Shown: positions 40,131 to 52,205 of the stretch, piece by piece
Layout: the number at the start of each line of letters is the position of its first letter
How positions within the stretch are numbered: position 1 is the stretch's first letter
Assembly: GCF_009914755.1 (NCBI RefSeq)
Contig: NC_060935.1
Direction: 5' to 3' (one strand)
DNA length: 64,000 nucleotides
Source: the human T2T-CHM13v2.0 reference genome, Homo sapiens
Made by a program: the position numbers and the translations under genes
The notes under the pieces: model-generated
What the model was told of the DNA's origin: nothing
The model's input: the letters and a program-made list of their open reading frames with translations, nothing else
Database searches by the model: none

Positions 40131-41185
40131 ACAGGAGTGCTGGAGGTCTTGTCTCCCTGACCTCTCGTGAGTTACAGTGGGTTTGGGGCCCAGGCAAAAT
40201 CTGCCTCTGGTTCTTTCTCCTGTGTGTCCCAGCACTGTGGCGATTAACTCCTGCCCTTTGCCCTGGGACCACCTGGCTGTGCAGGAACGAACCTCATTGA
40301 AGAGCCTTGACAGAGTTTCTATTTTTATTCCTCCCCAGATCCTTCTTCTCCAGGGCAACCACACACACAATGCCATTTTGCAATTTATTTTCATTTTGCG
40401 GAGGAGAGCCTTCTCTCCTCTTCCTGGCTTGGCTTCTATGGCTTGGCCCTATTAGTCTTGGATGGCCCGGGGCTGTTTTGGCCTCAGAGCTGGCATGGCC
40501 TTGTTATGCCAGCTGGGGAAGGACAACACACCTGTGAGCGTGCTAGGCTGGGTCTGGGAGGTGACTGGGCAAGGGTCCTAATTACTTGAGGGTGACACAG
40601 GCCTGCCAGCATGACTTCATCCATTTACTTTCGCCAGGCTCTCTGAGCTCTGCGGAGACGTGCTGCATGTTTGTGCAGCTGCCCAGCCCTGTGGGAACGG
40701 CCTCTCCTACCTGTGGATCACCCCTCCTGGCCTCCAGGTGGGCACGTGTACTCAGACTGTGGCCACTCTCCCATATCTGGCTTACAGAACATTCACATGG
40801 CTGTCTTTCCTTCTTAATGTTTGGAATAGGTGTTGTTTTAAACAAACAAAAAAAAACTCCCTGAAAAACAGATGGACTGTGGTTTCTAGACTTCACGTCT
40901 CCAAGAACAAGATAGAAACCAGGCGTCAGCCCATCTGACTCTTTGGGACCTGAGTCCACACTTCCCAAATTGGCAGAGTCCTCACCAGAGACGGAAGTGC
41001 CGAGGCAGCCAACTAGGGGAGAGCCACAGCTTCCCGCCAGAAGCATGCCTCCCGTCGCCACATTGTCACTTCGGCAGGAGGACTTGAGGCGGAGGCTGAC
41101 TAAATCTCATGTGCTGTCACCTGTACAGAAGATGCTGACCCGCCGTCTGGAATCTGCTCTTGGGCTTGTTTTTGCAGGGGTGGTG

Positions 41186-41206
41186 ACAGGAAGTGCTGAG
41201 TCAGCA
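41186..41206. promoter_or_regulatory. Overlapping ETS site and perfect palindromic MARE
   Basis: ACAGGAAGTG (41186-41195) overlaps TGCTGAGTCAGCA (41194-41206); motif match only. Confidence 0.5.
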
Positions 41207-41632
41207 ATGGTCTCTATCCCCATCTCCCTTGGAGCCCACACGCTGCTTTAGAATTGGGGGTTCAGTCGTCTGGGACTTGGGAACATGCTTTTCTCTGTGC
41301 AAAATGGTCCTGCTAAGGGCTGAACCTACATCCCAAGCCCCATCACCTCCCTCAGAGGAAAAGGATGAAGTGTTCCCAGTGGGCTGGTCAGCTAAATGTG
41401 ACACAGAGTAATGTGCCAACATAGAACTGGGGATGGGACCCAAGAGACCACGCTCTGCTCCCTCATCACATCCAAACAAGAGATCTGGGTAGAAAGTAAG
41501 TCTTGTGACCACAAGGAAAAATATTTGGAGAAAACATAATGAATATTAGTCATGGACATTTTCATCATAAGTAGAACTGCTCATAGTAGCACAGAGTTGC
41601 CAGGGGCCCAGCTCGTCTGGAATCACTTTGGG

Positions 41633-41748
41633 GAGCACTCTCCATGTGGGTGCATGAAGTCTGCAGGAAAGCACTCTCCATGTGGGTGCACGAAGTCTGC
41701 AGGAGAGCACTCTCCATGTGGGTGCATGAAAAGTCTGCAGGAGAGCAC
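41633..41748. repeat. 36-bp minisatellite, about 3.2 copies
   Basis: Unit gagcactctccatgtgggtgcatgaagtctgcagga, near-identical copies. Confidence 0.95.
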
Positions 41749-41772
41749 GTTCTTGGGCATGGGGTCCTGACC

Positions 41773-42046
41773 CAGGGACCCCCAAAGTGTGTTCCATGGA
41801 CTACTTGTGCTGGAAATCATTTTTATGAGGAAAGGGTTCCATGGTCAAATAAGATTGAAAAATACTTCATTCTCCACTTACCAATTCACAATGTGCATTA
41901 AAGAGTCAGAACTTATGCTTAAGAAAATTTTTGACTTAAAATGTGTTAATGTTTTTAAACTCAGTTTAATCCTGTTTCCTAAACATTTGATGATGGAATG
42001 CTAATTTTGCAACATATCTATGGAACACATTTTGGGGAAAGATGCT
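41773..42046. mobile_element. hAT-Charlie MITE (MER112-like)
   Basis: Inverted termini cccaaagtgtgttccatgga / tctatggaacacattttgggg; internal gggttccatggtcaaataag. Confidence 0.65.
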
Positions 42047-44659
42047 TATTAATGGGAGATGTTACAGGATGCCTCCAAGTTACAGTATCTTCTCTTCAAG
42101 CTGGGAAGGTAATATTCCTCAGGAATCATGAGCTCTGTTCATTGAAATGGATGAGTGATTCGCACACTCAGGGCTGGGTTTGCTGGCCTCTCTTGTGTAT
42201 GAGAAATTTGATGTTACCGAAGGTGTAAGAAGAATTGTTACAGAGAAGGGAATTATTACCTTTACAAATTAACTTTCTCATATTGGTGGTAGAAAGTTTT
42301 GGGCTACAGAATAATCTAATAGTGCTCTGAGACTACAAGGTTAATCCCATTCACCAGTTTTCCGTCAGGATCTGTTATGCTGGAATGGCCACCTGGAAAG
42401 TCTGGATGGAGATATGATTTTAAACATCTGAGAGTCAAGGACCTTGTCTTTGATTGTTCCCCACAGTAACACAGCTTGGGCATCCACTAAGCCCTTGGTT
42501 CTACATTTGCTGAATGGAATTCATAGGGCTTAGTTTAACTTACAGTCTTGGAACATAATGTGTAGTCCCTAGTCCGGGTCATTGCTGACTTATTTTTCAC
42601 ATTCAGGGTTTTCTGTGTGCAAAAATTTATGACTTGAGGTTTGGAAAAGCTTAGTCAAGCCCCAACCCCTCTGTAGTGTCCCCTCAGGTGCCTCAGTCCT
42701 GGACTCACTTGCAAAGATTTCCTACTCAACTCTTCACACGGTTTTCTTGTAGACGCTGATCCTGCCAGCACAGGTCTCAGCATTCTTGCTTCACCTGTTA
42801 TTATTCTTTCGATAATTTATCATGTGATCACTTTCTATCCAATGGTTCCGGGTTTTTTTCTCTTGGCCAAATTTTGCTCTGTCACAGTCACTGTAGCCCA
42901 GGATGGACCTCCAGACCAGCTTCAAAACTCTGATAAAACATTCTGCCTCCTGGTAATTACACTTGAAAATGGTTCCCAGTTTAGTCTTAGAATTCATGAA
43001 GTCTGTTCCAGGGCAGGAAATGTAGACTAACCCTTCTTTTTCCTCCCCCAACCCACTAACCTATTTAATGCCTGCTATACATTTGCTTTCAAAGGAGAAC
43101 CAGGTGAAAGGGGAATGCAGAAGACTTCATTGAGTTCTGTGGGTGTTTCCATTTCTCATTCTTGATAAAATTACCAAGTAAGAAAACATTCCCCTAGAGC
43201 CATCTCTGCTGACCCTTCTGGGACACTTCTGGGGTTTGAAAGCAAATCAGTGATGCCGGAGGTCAAAGAAGTTCTAGCTTCAAAGGAAAAATGTTCTGCG
43301 TCGGTGCATTCGCTGGCCAGTGTTGCCTCTCTGGTTACTTCTGATTGATTCTTACATACAGAAAGAGACAGAGGATGCCCAGCAGTTACTCCTCCAAGTC
43401 TCCCCCACACACGATTGTAATTACAGTATAATCGCCAGCTGTCTCTGGGGAATGAGTGCTTGACCGTGGCTTTTTCATTACAGCCTCTTCCTTGAGGATA
43501 GGTACCACTGGATGGCACAGTTACGTGTGATTTGAAGTAACTCAATAAGAACCACTTGACTCAACCTGCATTTACACGATGTTCAAAAAAGAAGCAATAA
43601 CTCCATTAACCATTTTGTCTACACAATGTCAATTATTTGGCTGGTTTTCTTCCTCCTGAAATTTCTAGCTGGTCCATGCAGTGGAGACGCAATCATAAAC
43701 GGCAGGGATTAGTCTGCACTTTACGTGAGAATTGTCCCTGCATTCATTTCTTGGATGGAACTTTTACAAAATGACGTTTGTCCAGTGTGCAGAAATGTCT
43801 CTAGGCATTGCTTTCCAAGGGCTAAGCTGGGATGGGCTTAGGTGGTGCTTAAAAGCAATCACCCAAAAGGAACTCTGCAGAAACCACAAAATAATTTGCA
43901 AGGCACATAGAAAAACAGTTGTTTCAAATGTGCCCTCGGCACTCATACACATTTGCACAGCTTGGGGAGTTGTGCCTCTTCCATGATGAACTCCATATGT
44001 CTCTGTTTGGCTTTCTTTTTTGCAGGGACCACTTTGTTCCCTGGACCCATCCTCTCTTCCTTTGTTCGCCCTGCCTTCCCCTGCAGATCACTCATGTGCA
44101 CTGACTATCTGGATGGCACCTGGAGAAACAAACAAACCTGCCCAGAAATAACAGGGTAATGGTGAAGCAAGGGGAAGTGAGCCTCATGCTGGGCCAGGAG
44201 GACACAGGGGGATTTCTCAGTTTCTGAAAGCCCATGATGGATGTGTGGCTCTAAAACTCCTAATTTAGAAACAAACAGGAAATGTAACCCTGAGGTTCAC
44301 ACCTTCTTGTTAAAATCTTCTGTTCTGTTGCTACTTCCAATTTCAACATTGCCATGGGGGAGGAGAGTGTGAGCAAGATTTTAAAATAATCTTGTAATCG
44401 ACCACCTGGCTTTCATAACAATATCTGGCCCTGGACTTTATGTTAGACTGTAGGCAACACTTTTAACCTGGGAGGTATCTACTTGGAAGGCAATTAAAAT
44501 AGGTGTTAGCTGGAGCCACCGGGAAATGAGTTCTGACTCACTTTTGGTGGTGGTCATTGCAGTCAAGAAAGATTTTGCAACACTGCCTCATTGGATCTGA
44601 GAGCCCACTAGGTTTGATGCTGAAGAAGTGGTTTGGGTATACACAGATTATAATAGCAA

Positions 44660-44875
44660 CTACCTTAAAAAAACTTTAATGCTTATTACATTCCAAACAT
44701 ATAGTCTGATACCATTTTTAAAAACCCAGCTCATGTGGAAGTTACTATTATCATCTTTATTTAGCTGCAAGGAACCTAAGGCTTCCAGCAGTGGAGTAAT
44801 CAGTCCCAGGTTATGCTGCTACAAAGTTGCAGAGCAGCCACTTGAGCCCAGGCAGAGTCTGACCCAAAGTGCAGT
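44660..44875 (-). mobile_element. MIR SINE
   Basis: ttactattatcatctttatttagctgcaaggaacctaaggc...gcagagcagccacttgagcccaggcagagtctgac. Confidence 0.7.
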
Positions 44876-45055
44876 CACTTACTGCCTCTTGGGATGCACA
44901 GAAGGCAGGGTGGAAAACTGGGCCATCCCAGAAGCCCTTAATTTGGGATGGTAGGGGGTGGTGGGAGAGGGAGAGGGGAGCCCAGACCCTGCATTAATGG
45001 GCTTGGGGCCCAGTTCTATTTGTTAAGGTAAAGACTGGGTGAACTATAGTGATTC

Positions 45056-45468
45056 TGAAAGGAGTTAGCCAGCTTGCTTTAGGCAGACAGTAAAGGAAGG
45101 GCCCCCAGAGAGCCTCTGACTTATGTTTTGTGCAGATAAGGGAACTTGCACAGGGGGCTTACCTAAACATGCAGCAAACTAAGGGCCCACATGTGCACTG
45201 GAGGAATGGGGTGGAGCCACCAGGAATTCATACCTTATAAAATAGGAAACCCAGCTCTATCAGCTTGTGTGTAAAAGCCCTTGCATTCAACTGTGAAGGG
45301 GGCGAACAGGAACCTACTTTCAGGACCCCTTTCTTTGCTGAAAGCTTTCCTTTCACTTAATAAAATCTACTCCACTCACTCTTTGAATGTCTGAATGCCT
45401 AATTTTTCCCGGTCGTGAGACAACAACCTGGATCTAGTTGAGTTAAGGAGAATAAGAATCCTGCATCA
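45056..45468 (+). mobile_element. ERV1-class solo LTR (MER83/MER84-like)
   Basis: TG...CA termini, exact 4-bp TSD attc, AATAAA near 45359, start tgaaaggagttagccagcttgctttaggcagacag. Confidence 0.8.
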
Positions 45469-46679
45469 ATTCTGATGAGGATCTGAAGGGTTGTTGTGAT
45501 TGGAAAAAAGAAGTTTACAAAGTACCCATGAAATAATGGCTATTACATGGATTTTTAAAATTCCATTTATGGAACTGCAGGTGCTGGAAATTTTATGATG
45601 ATGATTGTTACCATTTTCTACTCTTTCACTCTTTTCCAAATCATTTCTGATCAAGATAGAAATTAGCTTTCATGTTATTTAGGGTTCAGTTTACTAAGTT
45701 CTTTTTTCCAGTGAGGGTAACGTTCTTTACATGTGAACATAGTAACTTCTACTAGGACAATTCCCTTCTGAATATTTGTGGGGGTTAACACTGAGTATTC
45801 ATGGGGCAATCATGATTATGATTATAAAGATAATGATAATTTCCACTTATTAGTGTGTGCTAAGCTCTTTTATGTGCTTTTTCATTAACTCTAAAATAAT
45901 CCTGTACGTATTATTTTCCCTAGTTAACAGATTAGCCACGTCACCCATTTTCTCCAAGCAGCTGATGTCTAGTTTTTCTTGGTCACAGGTTACTGATGCA
46001 TATGCCAAATCTGTGGATATCATGACATCTTCCCCCTTCTCTACTGTAGATAGCAGGGTGTTTTTTGCCAGCATCCCCCAGCATCATATCTGCCGCCCGC
46101 AGAAAGTTTTCGGACCTCTGAGTTCTCCTCATGGGCTGTCAGTCTTGGTCTCTGGGTGTCTTTAGCTCCCTCTGCTCTATGTTCTCCATAAAACAGTTCC
46201 TGGAATATCCTACATATTTCCTGCCTACTGCGACTGCTTGTCCCGGAACTCTCAGAGCATGTCCACACATAGGAGGCAGGAAAAACCATCAGATACCACG
46301 GTACATGTCCTTAACCAGTTTCACTCCAAGGTTGGGCTTGTAAAAGTTAAGTAATTTTGACCAGTAACTTGAAATTCAAAGCATTTTTATAGCAAAACAT
46401 TCTATAGAGTAGAATCAAACATTTACATACATTTAAAAAATAAAACAGTCTCGAAGTAGGATGTATCCCCAGACACCAAGGATACCCGTGTGCCCACGTG
46501 CTCACTGAGAAGTTCTTGACTGTGATGTTTATTAACACATGTTTCCAGCAGTTGTGTAGGACTTAGAGTGAAGAATAAGGAGAGTCCCTGAGCCCCGCCT
46601 AATAGGAGCTGCCAATGTCACAGACAGCTTATGTCTGTCTTATAGGGAACACCTAAATCAAGGCTATTCTATGGGCATC

Positions 46680-47076
46680 TGTATGAATTTGCTCTGCTAC
46701 CATAACAAAATACCGCAGACCAGGTGGCCTAAGGAACAGAAATTTATTTCCTTAGAGTTCTGGAGGCTGGAGGTCGAAGACGAGAGTGCTGGCAGGGCTG
46801 GTTTCCTCTGAGGCCCTCTGGCTTACAGACGGCCACCTCCTTCAGTGTCTGCATGCGGCCTTCCCTCTGTGCCTGTATCCTGGTGTCTCTTCACGTGTCA
46901 AAGTTTCCTCTTTTTATGAGGACACCAGCCGGAATGGATCAGGGCCCAAACCAACGGCCACATTTTAACTTCATTTCCTCTTTAAAGGCCCTGTCTCCAA
47001 GTATAGTCACATTCTGGGGTGCTGGGGGTTAGGAATCAAATACACGAATTCTGGGGAACACGATTCAGCTCTAACA
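46680..47076 (-). mobile_element. MLT1B-like MaLR solo LTR
   Basis: ccataacaaaataccgcagac...aacagaaatttatttc...gttctggaggctggag; exact 5-bp TSD gcatc. Confidence 0.88.
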
Positions 47077-47634
47077 GCATCTAAGACAGCTTCACCATTC
47101 CTCAAGTGTGCTCTGAAGGAAAAGCAGAAGCCCGCTGTTCACATAGCAGGGTGAGGGTGAGGGTGAGAGTGAAGAGGGGGTTGCAGTGGAGAAGGAGCCG
47201 TTCCTGACAGCAGGAGCAGTGCTTTTGTGAGGTGCAAGACCATCATGTGTGGGAGGAAGCTCAAAACTCCGCGTGCTCCTGGAGCCCACTGGGAGGGAGA
47301 GGTGGAAAGTTGCAGGAGGTGAAACAGGAGCCATGGCCAAGATCACACCCGGCAGGGCACTGAGCACCGAGCTGGGAGCTGAGAGTGCGTCCTGTGGACT
47401 TTCAAGAAGACAGTGCTGCGGTCAGACCTGCATGCTGGAAAGGTGATCCTGGAGACACGGTGAAGCAGGTGTCAGAAAGAGCAAGGCTGGGGACAGGGAG
47501 ACCTCTTAGATAACGGACAGAAGCCCAAAAATGGATGAGGCTCAGTAGTTCAACTGAAAACATTGTCCTTCAGATCTAAAGTAGTCTCCTTCCAGGGTAA
47601 GCGATCCCCACTTCCTTCCTGCACAAAGAGAATC

Positions 47635-47835
47635 ATACTAGCGAATATTTCTCACAAACTTAGCGTGTGCCAGGCCATGATCTAAGTCCTTTACCTGTAT
47701 GAACTTGTTTATTCTTCTCTGTGATTACTGCCCCATTTACAGATAAAATCAAGGAACATGAGATTAAATGGCCTCTCTAAGGTCATAAAATTAATGAGGG
47801 GAAAGCCAGGGCGTAACTCAGGTAGTCTGGCTCTA
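47635..47835 (-). mobile_element. MIR SINE
   Basis: gtgccaggccatgatctaagtcctttac...ccccatttacagataaaa...aaggtcata. Confidence 0.7.
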
Positions 47836-48492
47836 TAGGCCACACGCAATCACTGTGCTGCACTGTCCCTACTAAGCAAATGAGAACCATCTTCCACATA
47901 CCTGCTCAGCCAGAAGCTGTTGCCATCTTTCCACATTGCCCATCTCCGGGAAATGCAGCTTATTCCCAAGGAACTCTGAGGTTTTGTAATGGATGTCATT
48001 AGATAGACTGAGCAACCTGGTTGCAGTCCTCCTCCCACTCACATTCCACTTTCCCTGGAATAAGCTCATCGTCAGTTGCTGTGTATTGGATGCCCTCAGT
48101 GTGCTGAGCTCTAGAGGTGAGGGGTAAATAAGCTGTTTGTTTTCTGTCTTAAGAAGCTCACAGTCTAGATGGTGGAGTGCATAGAGAGGCCAGCGACCCC
48201 TGCAGAGGGATGAGAAGCAAGTCTGGAATCCTCTGTAGTAGAAAGCTGTATTCAGGGGAATGGTGTTTGGGGGTAAGAAAGGAAAGTCCTTTCTTTTTTA
48301 AAGGGATTTCCATCACATGCTCTCAAGACAGCATTACAGGGAGATCACACCCAAAGTGAGGGTGCAATCCTCATAGAACTCATTGCTGGGAAGATGTGGC
48401 CAGTGATGAGTTCCGTGAGGACTGAATCCTCACATGGATAAGGCACACGGAAATGTCTAAGGAATATGGCCACATGACAGAGGAGAGAGGAC

Positions 48493-48620
48493 TTCATTCA
48501 TTCATTCATTCATTCATTCCACAAGCATTATTGATGACTTACTGTGTGCCAGGCAGTGTACTAAGCAGTGCATGAATATCAAATTGAACCATGCTCCAAT
48601 AATTCACTCCCAGACCCCTG
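48493..48620 (-). mobile_element. L2 3' end with (TTCA)n tail
   Basis: ttcattcattcattc...ttattgatgacttactgtgtgccaggcagtgtactaagc. Confidence 0.75.
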
Positions 48621-49786
48621 CAGTGGAGACGCCTGTTGTCACCAAATATCAGAGAATTCTTCATTTGTTTCTGACCCTTAGTACCTGCTCAGAAGACAGA
48701 GACCTTTTAACAGAATTGGGTTTCATGTTTCTCCCCACGCTGCCAGTGAGCCTTCTTATGTCATAAGAAACAAACTCTCGAGCCGTCCACAGGGAATAGG
48801 GGTGGCACTAACATGCTGCCTTGTTACTGACGTTTGAACAGCATTGAGAGGCAAGCAAATCAATGACTTCCTCCTCTGAAGCAAAATCAACTTTAGAGAA
48901 CTTAAGGCTTCATTGTTACAATGTTTTATTTAGAACCTTCCATCATTACCGACGTCACCCAAAGCCCTAATTGAGGGCTTAATTTCTGGGAACCTTATAC
49001 TCACCATTGCCTGGAGAAAGTTTTCCTCTTCTATGTGTTTACAATCTGAGGGAGACGAAACTCAGGCAGATAGACGCTAAACGGAAATAGACACAACAAA
49101 ATAGAGAACACTGGACAAACACAACTAGATAAGGGGAAATATTGCTTTTGTATACCCTTTGTTTATTATGTTGTATCACATTTTACAGAAAGAATTTTGT
49201 TCCCATAGACAGAGAGCCATCACTGTATCCTAGGCTCCTGGATTCGGCAGAGATCCAAAGTCCCTGTGGAAGTGTGATGTGGCCTGGGATGTACCCCTGT
49301 GGAAAGACTAGAAGGTGTGAAGGCTTCCAGACCTTTGTTGAGGACTTATGAGAAAGTGGGGAGGGAGTAGGGAGGGCTGTCGGCTTCTCTTCCTCCGGAA
49401 GGATGGCCCCTGCTGAGACAGGGGGCTGCAGCTGTCACTTTGCAAAGTCCCTTCAGTCCCCCGTCCTTCAAATCGGCAATTTTATGTGTACCTTTTGCAA
49501 CGGAGACAGTTAACTGACCTCACTTCCCACTGCTATGGCTTGGTGGGAAGGGATGGTTAGGAACAACTGATTCACACATCCCCAGAGGGAAGGAGGTACA
49601 GAGAAAAGCTTGCCCCCGCCAACTATTCAGATGTCCACAAAGCAAAACATGCAGATATTTGGAAATAGCTAAATAATCAGTGGACTTGATCCAGTTTCAA
49701 TTCTCATGCAACAAGTGCCTTTTGCACCGAGCATATCATGCTTATATTTAGTGTCAGGAAGACTTGGCCACAGCTAAGTCTTGGCT

Positions 49787-50093
49787 CTGTGTGTTTGCAC
49801 GTGTGTGCATGTGCACGTGTGTGGGTATGTGTGAGTGCATGAGTATGTATGCGAATGTATGTGTGTATATGAGGGAGTATGATTGGGTGTGTGTATGTGG
49901 GTTTGTGTGTATTATGTGAGAGTATATATGAGCATGTGTGTTTGTATAAGTATGTGAGTATGTGTATGTATGTGAATTTGTGTGCCACTGCATGTGGGAA
50001 TGTATGTGTATATGAGTTTACGTGTGTGTGTATGCCTGTGAGTGTATGTGAATGTGCCAGTTTGTGAATGTGAGTGTAGGCATGTGTGAGAGC

Positions 50094-50125
<32 letters not shown>

Positions 50126-50145
50126 ACGCATGCTCAAACATGTGC
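49787..50145. repeat. Long degenerate (TG)/(TA) microsatellite tract
   Basis: About 360 bp of alternating purine-pyrimidine sequence ending in pure (TG)n. Confidence 0.9.
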
Positions 50146-52059
50146 CTGCATCTGAAAGCTCTTGCAGAACAGGAGCCTGGATTCCAGCTGGTGACATGGG
50201 CAGCATTTCCTGAAATTGCTTCTGACTCACAAGCACTCTAAGACCAGCAAAAATCATACAAAACAATTAAAATATGCAGAAACTTGGGTTTGCTTTCTTT
50301 TGGTTAGTTTACATCAGGGAGTTGTTATTGGAGAAGAAATTTGTCTCAAGGTTTCCTGAACACAGCAGAGGCACAGCCTCTGTCCTGACTTGGTGTGACC
50401 TTTGCCCCCTTCCTTGCTGGGCTGTATGGGGCCGTGTATGTCAGCTGCAGTCATAACCGATTTCACTCAGAGTTCCAGGTTGCAGAGCTATCTGCCTGAC
50501 CTCATTGTGGTTTTCATGCCATGGCAAGAATGTCTAATGGAAACCACACTGGGCTGGAAGTCAGGAGTGTTCCTGTGTTCTTGGGTAGATCAACTAAACT
50601 GTCCAAGCCTTAGTGTACTCCTGGGTCAACTTGGGATTAGCAGCGTGGGCCTGCTTGCCTCAGGACTGATGAAGAAAGAAGAGAGGAGGGTAGCACACTG
50701 AAAGAAGCACTAGCCCTAGTATTTGGTGGTTAGCTTTTGAACCTAACCAGTAAAGTCAAGGGGCTCTACAGGTCAGCTCCTATGGTCTCTGATGTCCAGT
50801 CCAAGTTTCCTTCAGTTTCCATGGCTCCTTGCCCTGTAGCCACCTGCAAAGGGAGAGAGAAAGGGAGCATCCTCTCATTTATTGACTGTCCCCATTCATC
50901 AATTTAAAAATAACCCTTAATGTTCCACTGTCCCTAAGTAAAATCTGATTTTCCAAATCCCTGAACTTCTATCTTTGCACATTTGCTCCTGCCCTAGCCT
51001 TCTGCTCTTCTGCAGGGACTAGCTTGTGTCACACACATCTGAGGCTGGCTTCCACCACCTGGCCTTCAGAAGCAAGCGGCAGTACCTCCCTCCAGGACCC
51101 AAGGTCAGGAGCATGTGATCCTGACCCCAGCTGGACGCCCCTCACGACTCCACCCCACAGTCTCAGAAGTTTTCTCATTGGAAGGGAGAGGGAGGCCTAG
51201 ATCACAGTCAGATCTGAGCAGAGAGGAATTCCTCTGTGAATGCCAATTCAGACTTTCTTTATCCAAAGGCCACACAATGTGAGCATAGATAATCTCTTTG
51301 GAAGTTTAGATCAAATAAATAAGAGTCATGTGTAAAGGCTGTTCTCTTGTGTCTGTGATGAGAGCCAGAGAATTCCATTGTCACTTCAATGATTCCTTCT
51401 TCGTATCTTGGCCATGGCCCTCCTGCCTTGGAAACCCTTTCACCTATCAATAAATATGCACAAAGCACTTCTTTGTGCCAGCTGGTAAGTTGGGTATTGC
51501 AGGATACAGGGCTGTCCTCATGGGGTTTCAGTGCAACGTGAAGAAAAGATGTTAAACCAGAACTACAGTAAAATACAATGTGTTGCAAAAGGAGGTGTGC
51601 AGCTGGCTTTGGGTATACAGCACAGGGATTTAAACTTCTCTGGGGTCAGGAAAACCTCCCATGGAGTGATAAGTTTAAGTTGAAACTTGAAAGACTTAGG
51701 GGGTCAGCTCCAAGATGCATTCCCAGAATAGTGCCTGGCACAGGAAATTCTCCCTAAATATTTGTTGCAGGAATAACAGAGGAGTCAACAAAAGGGGATG
51801 ATTTTGTGGAGAATATTCCAGGCCAAGGAAATTTCACACTGATGTTTATGTGGCCTGCTCAATGCAGCAAAAGAAGCCCTCATGGCTGCAGTAGAGAGAT
51901 CAAAGGGAGAACTCCTAGGAGACAAAGATGGAGAGGGAGGCAGAGACCGAAGTGCAGAGGCCTTCAAACTTTATTTTGGAGTTTGGGCTTATTCTTGGGT
52001 CATGAGGAGCAAACACAAGCTTTAAGGCACTGTGATACTCGGGTGCTATACACATTAAA

Positions 52060-52205
52060 CGGGGCCTTTTCAAACTGTAATGTGCAATTGAATCACTTGG
52101 ACATCTTGTTGAAACGTGGACTCTTGATTCAGTAGGTGGGGTCTGGGAATCTGCACCAGTTCTGAGAAAGCCAATGCTACCAGTTCCAGGGAGTACACTT
52201 TGAGC
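52060..52205. mobile_element. MER5A-like hAT fragment
   Basis: ttcaaactgtaatgtgcaattgaatcacttggacatcttgttgaaa...gattcagtaggt...acactttgagcag. Confidence 0.65.

Noticed and set aside
41633-41748. CRISPR-like array (36-bp repeats)
   Set aside because: Repeats are head-to-tail with no unique spacers, there are no cas genes, and the DNA is primate
49704-50141. His/Thr-rich 145-aa ORF
   Set aside because: Translation of a degenerate (CA)n tract
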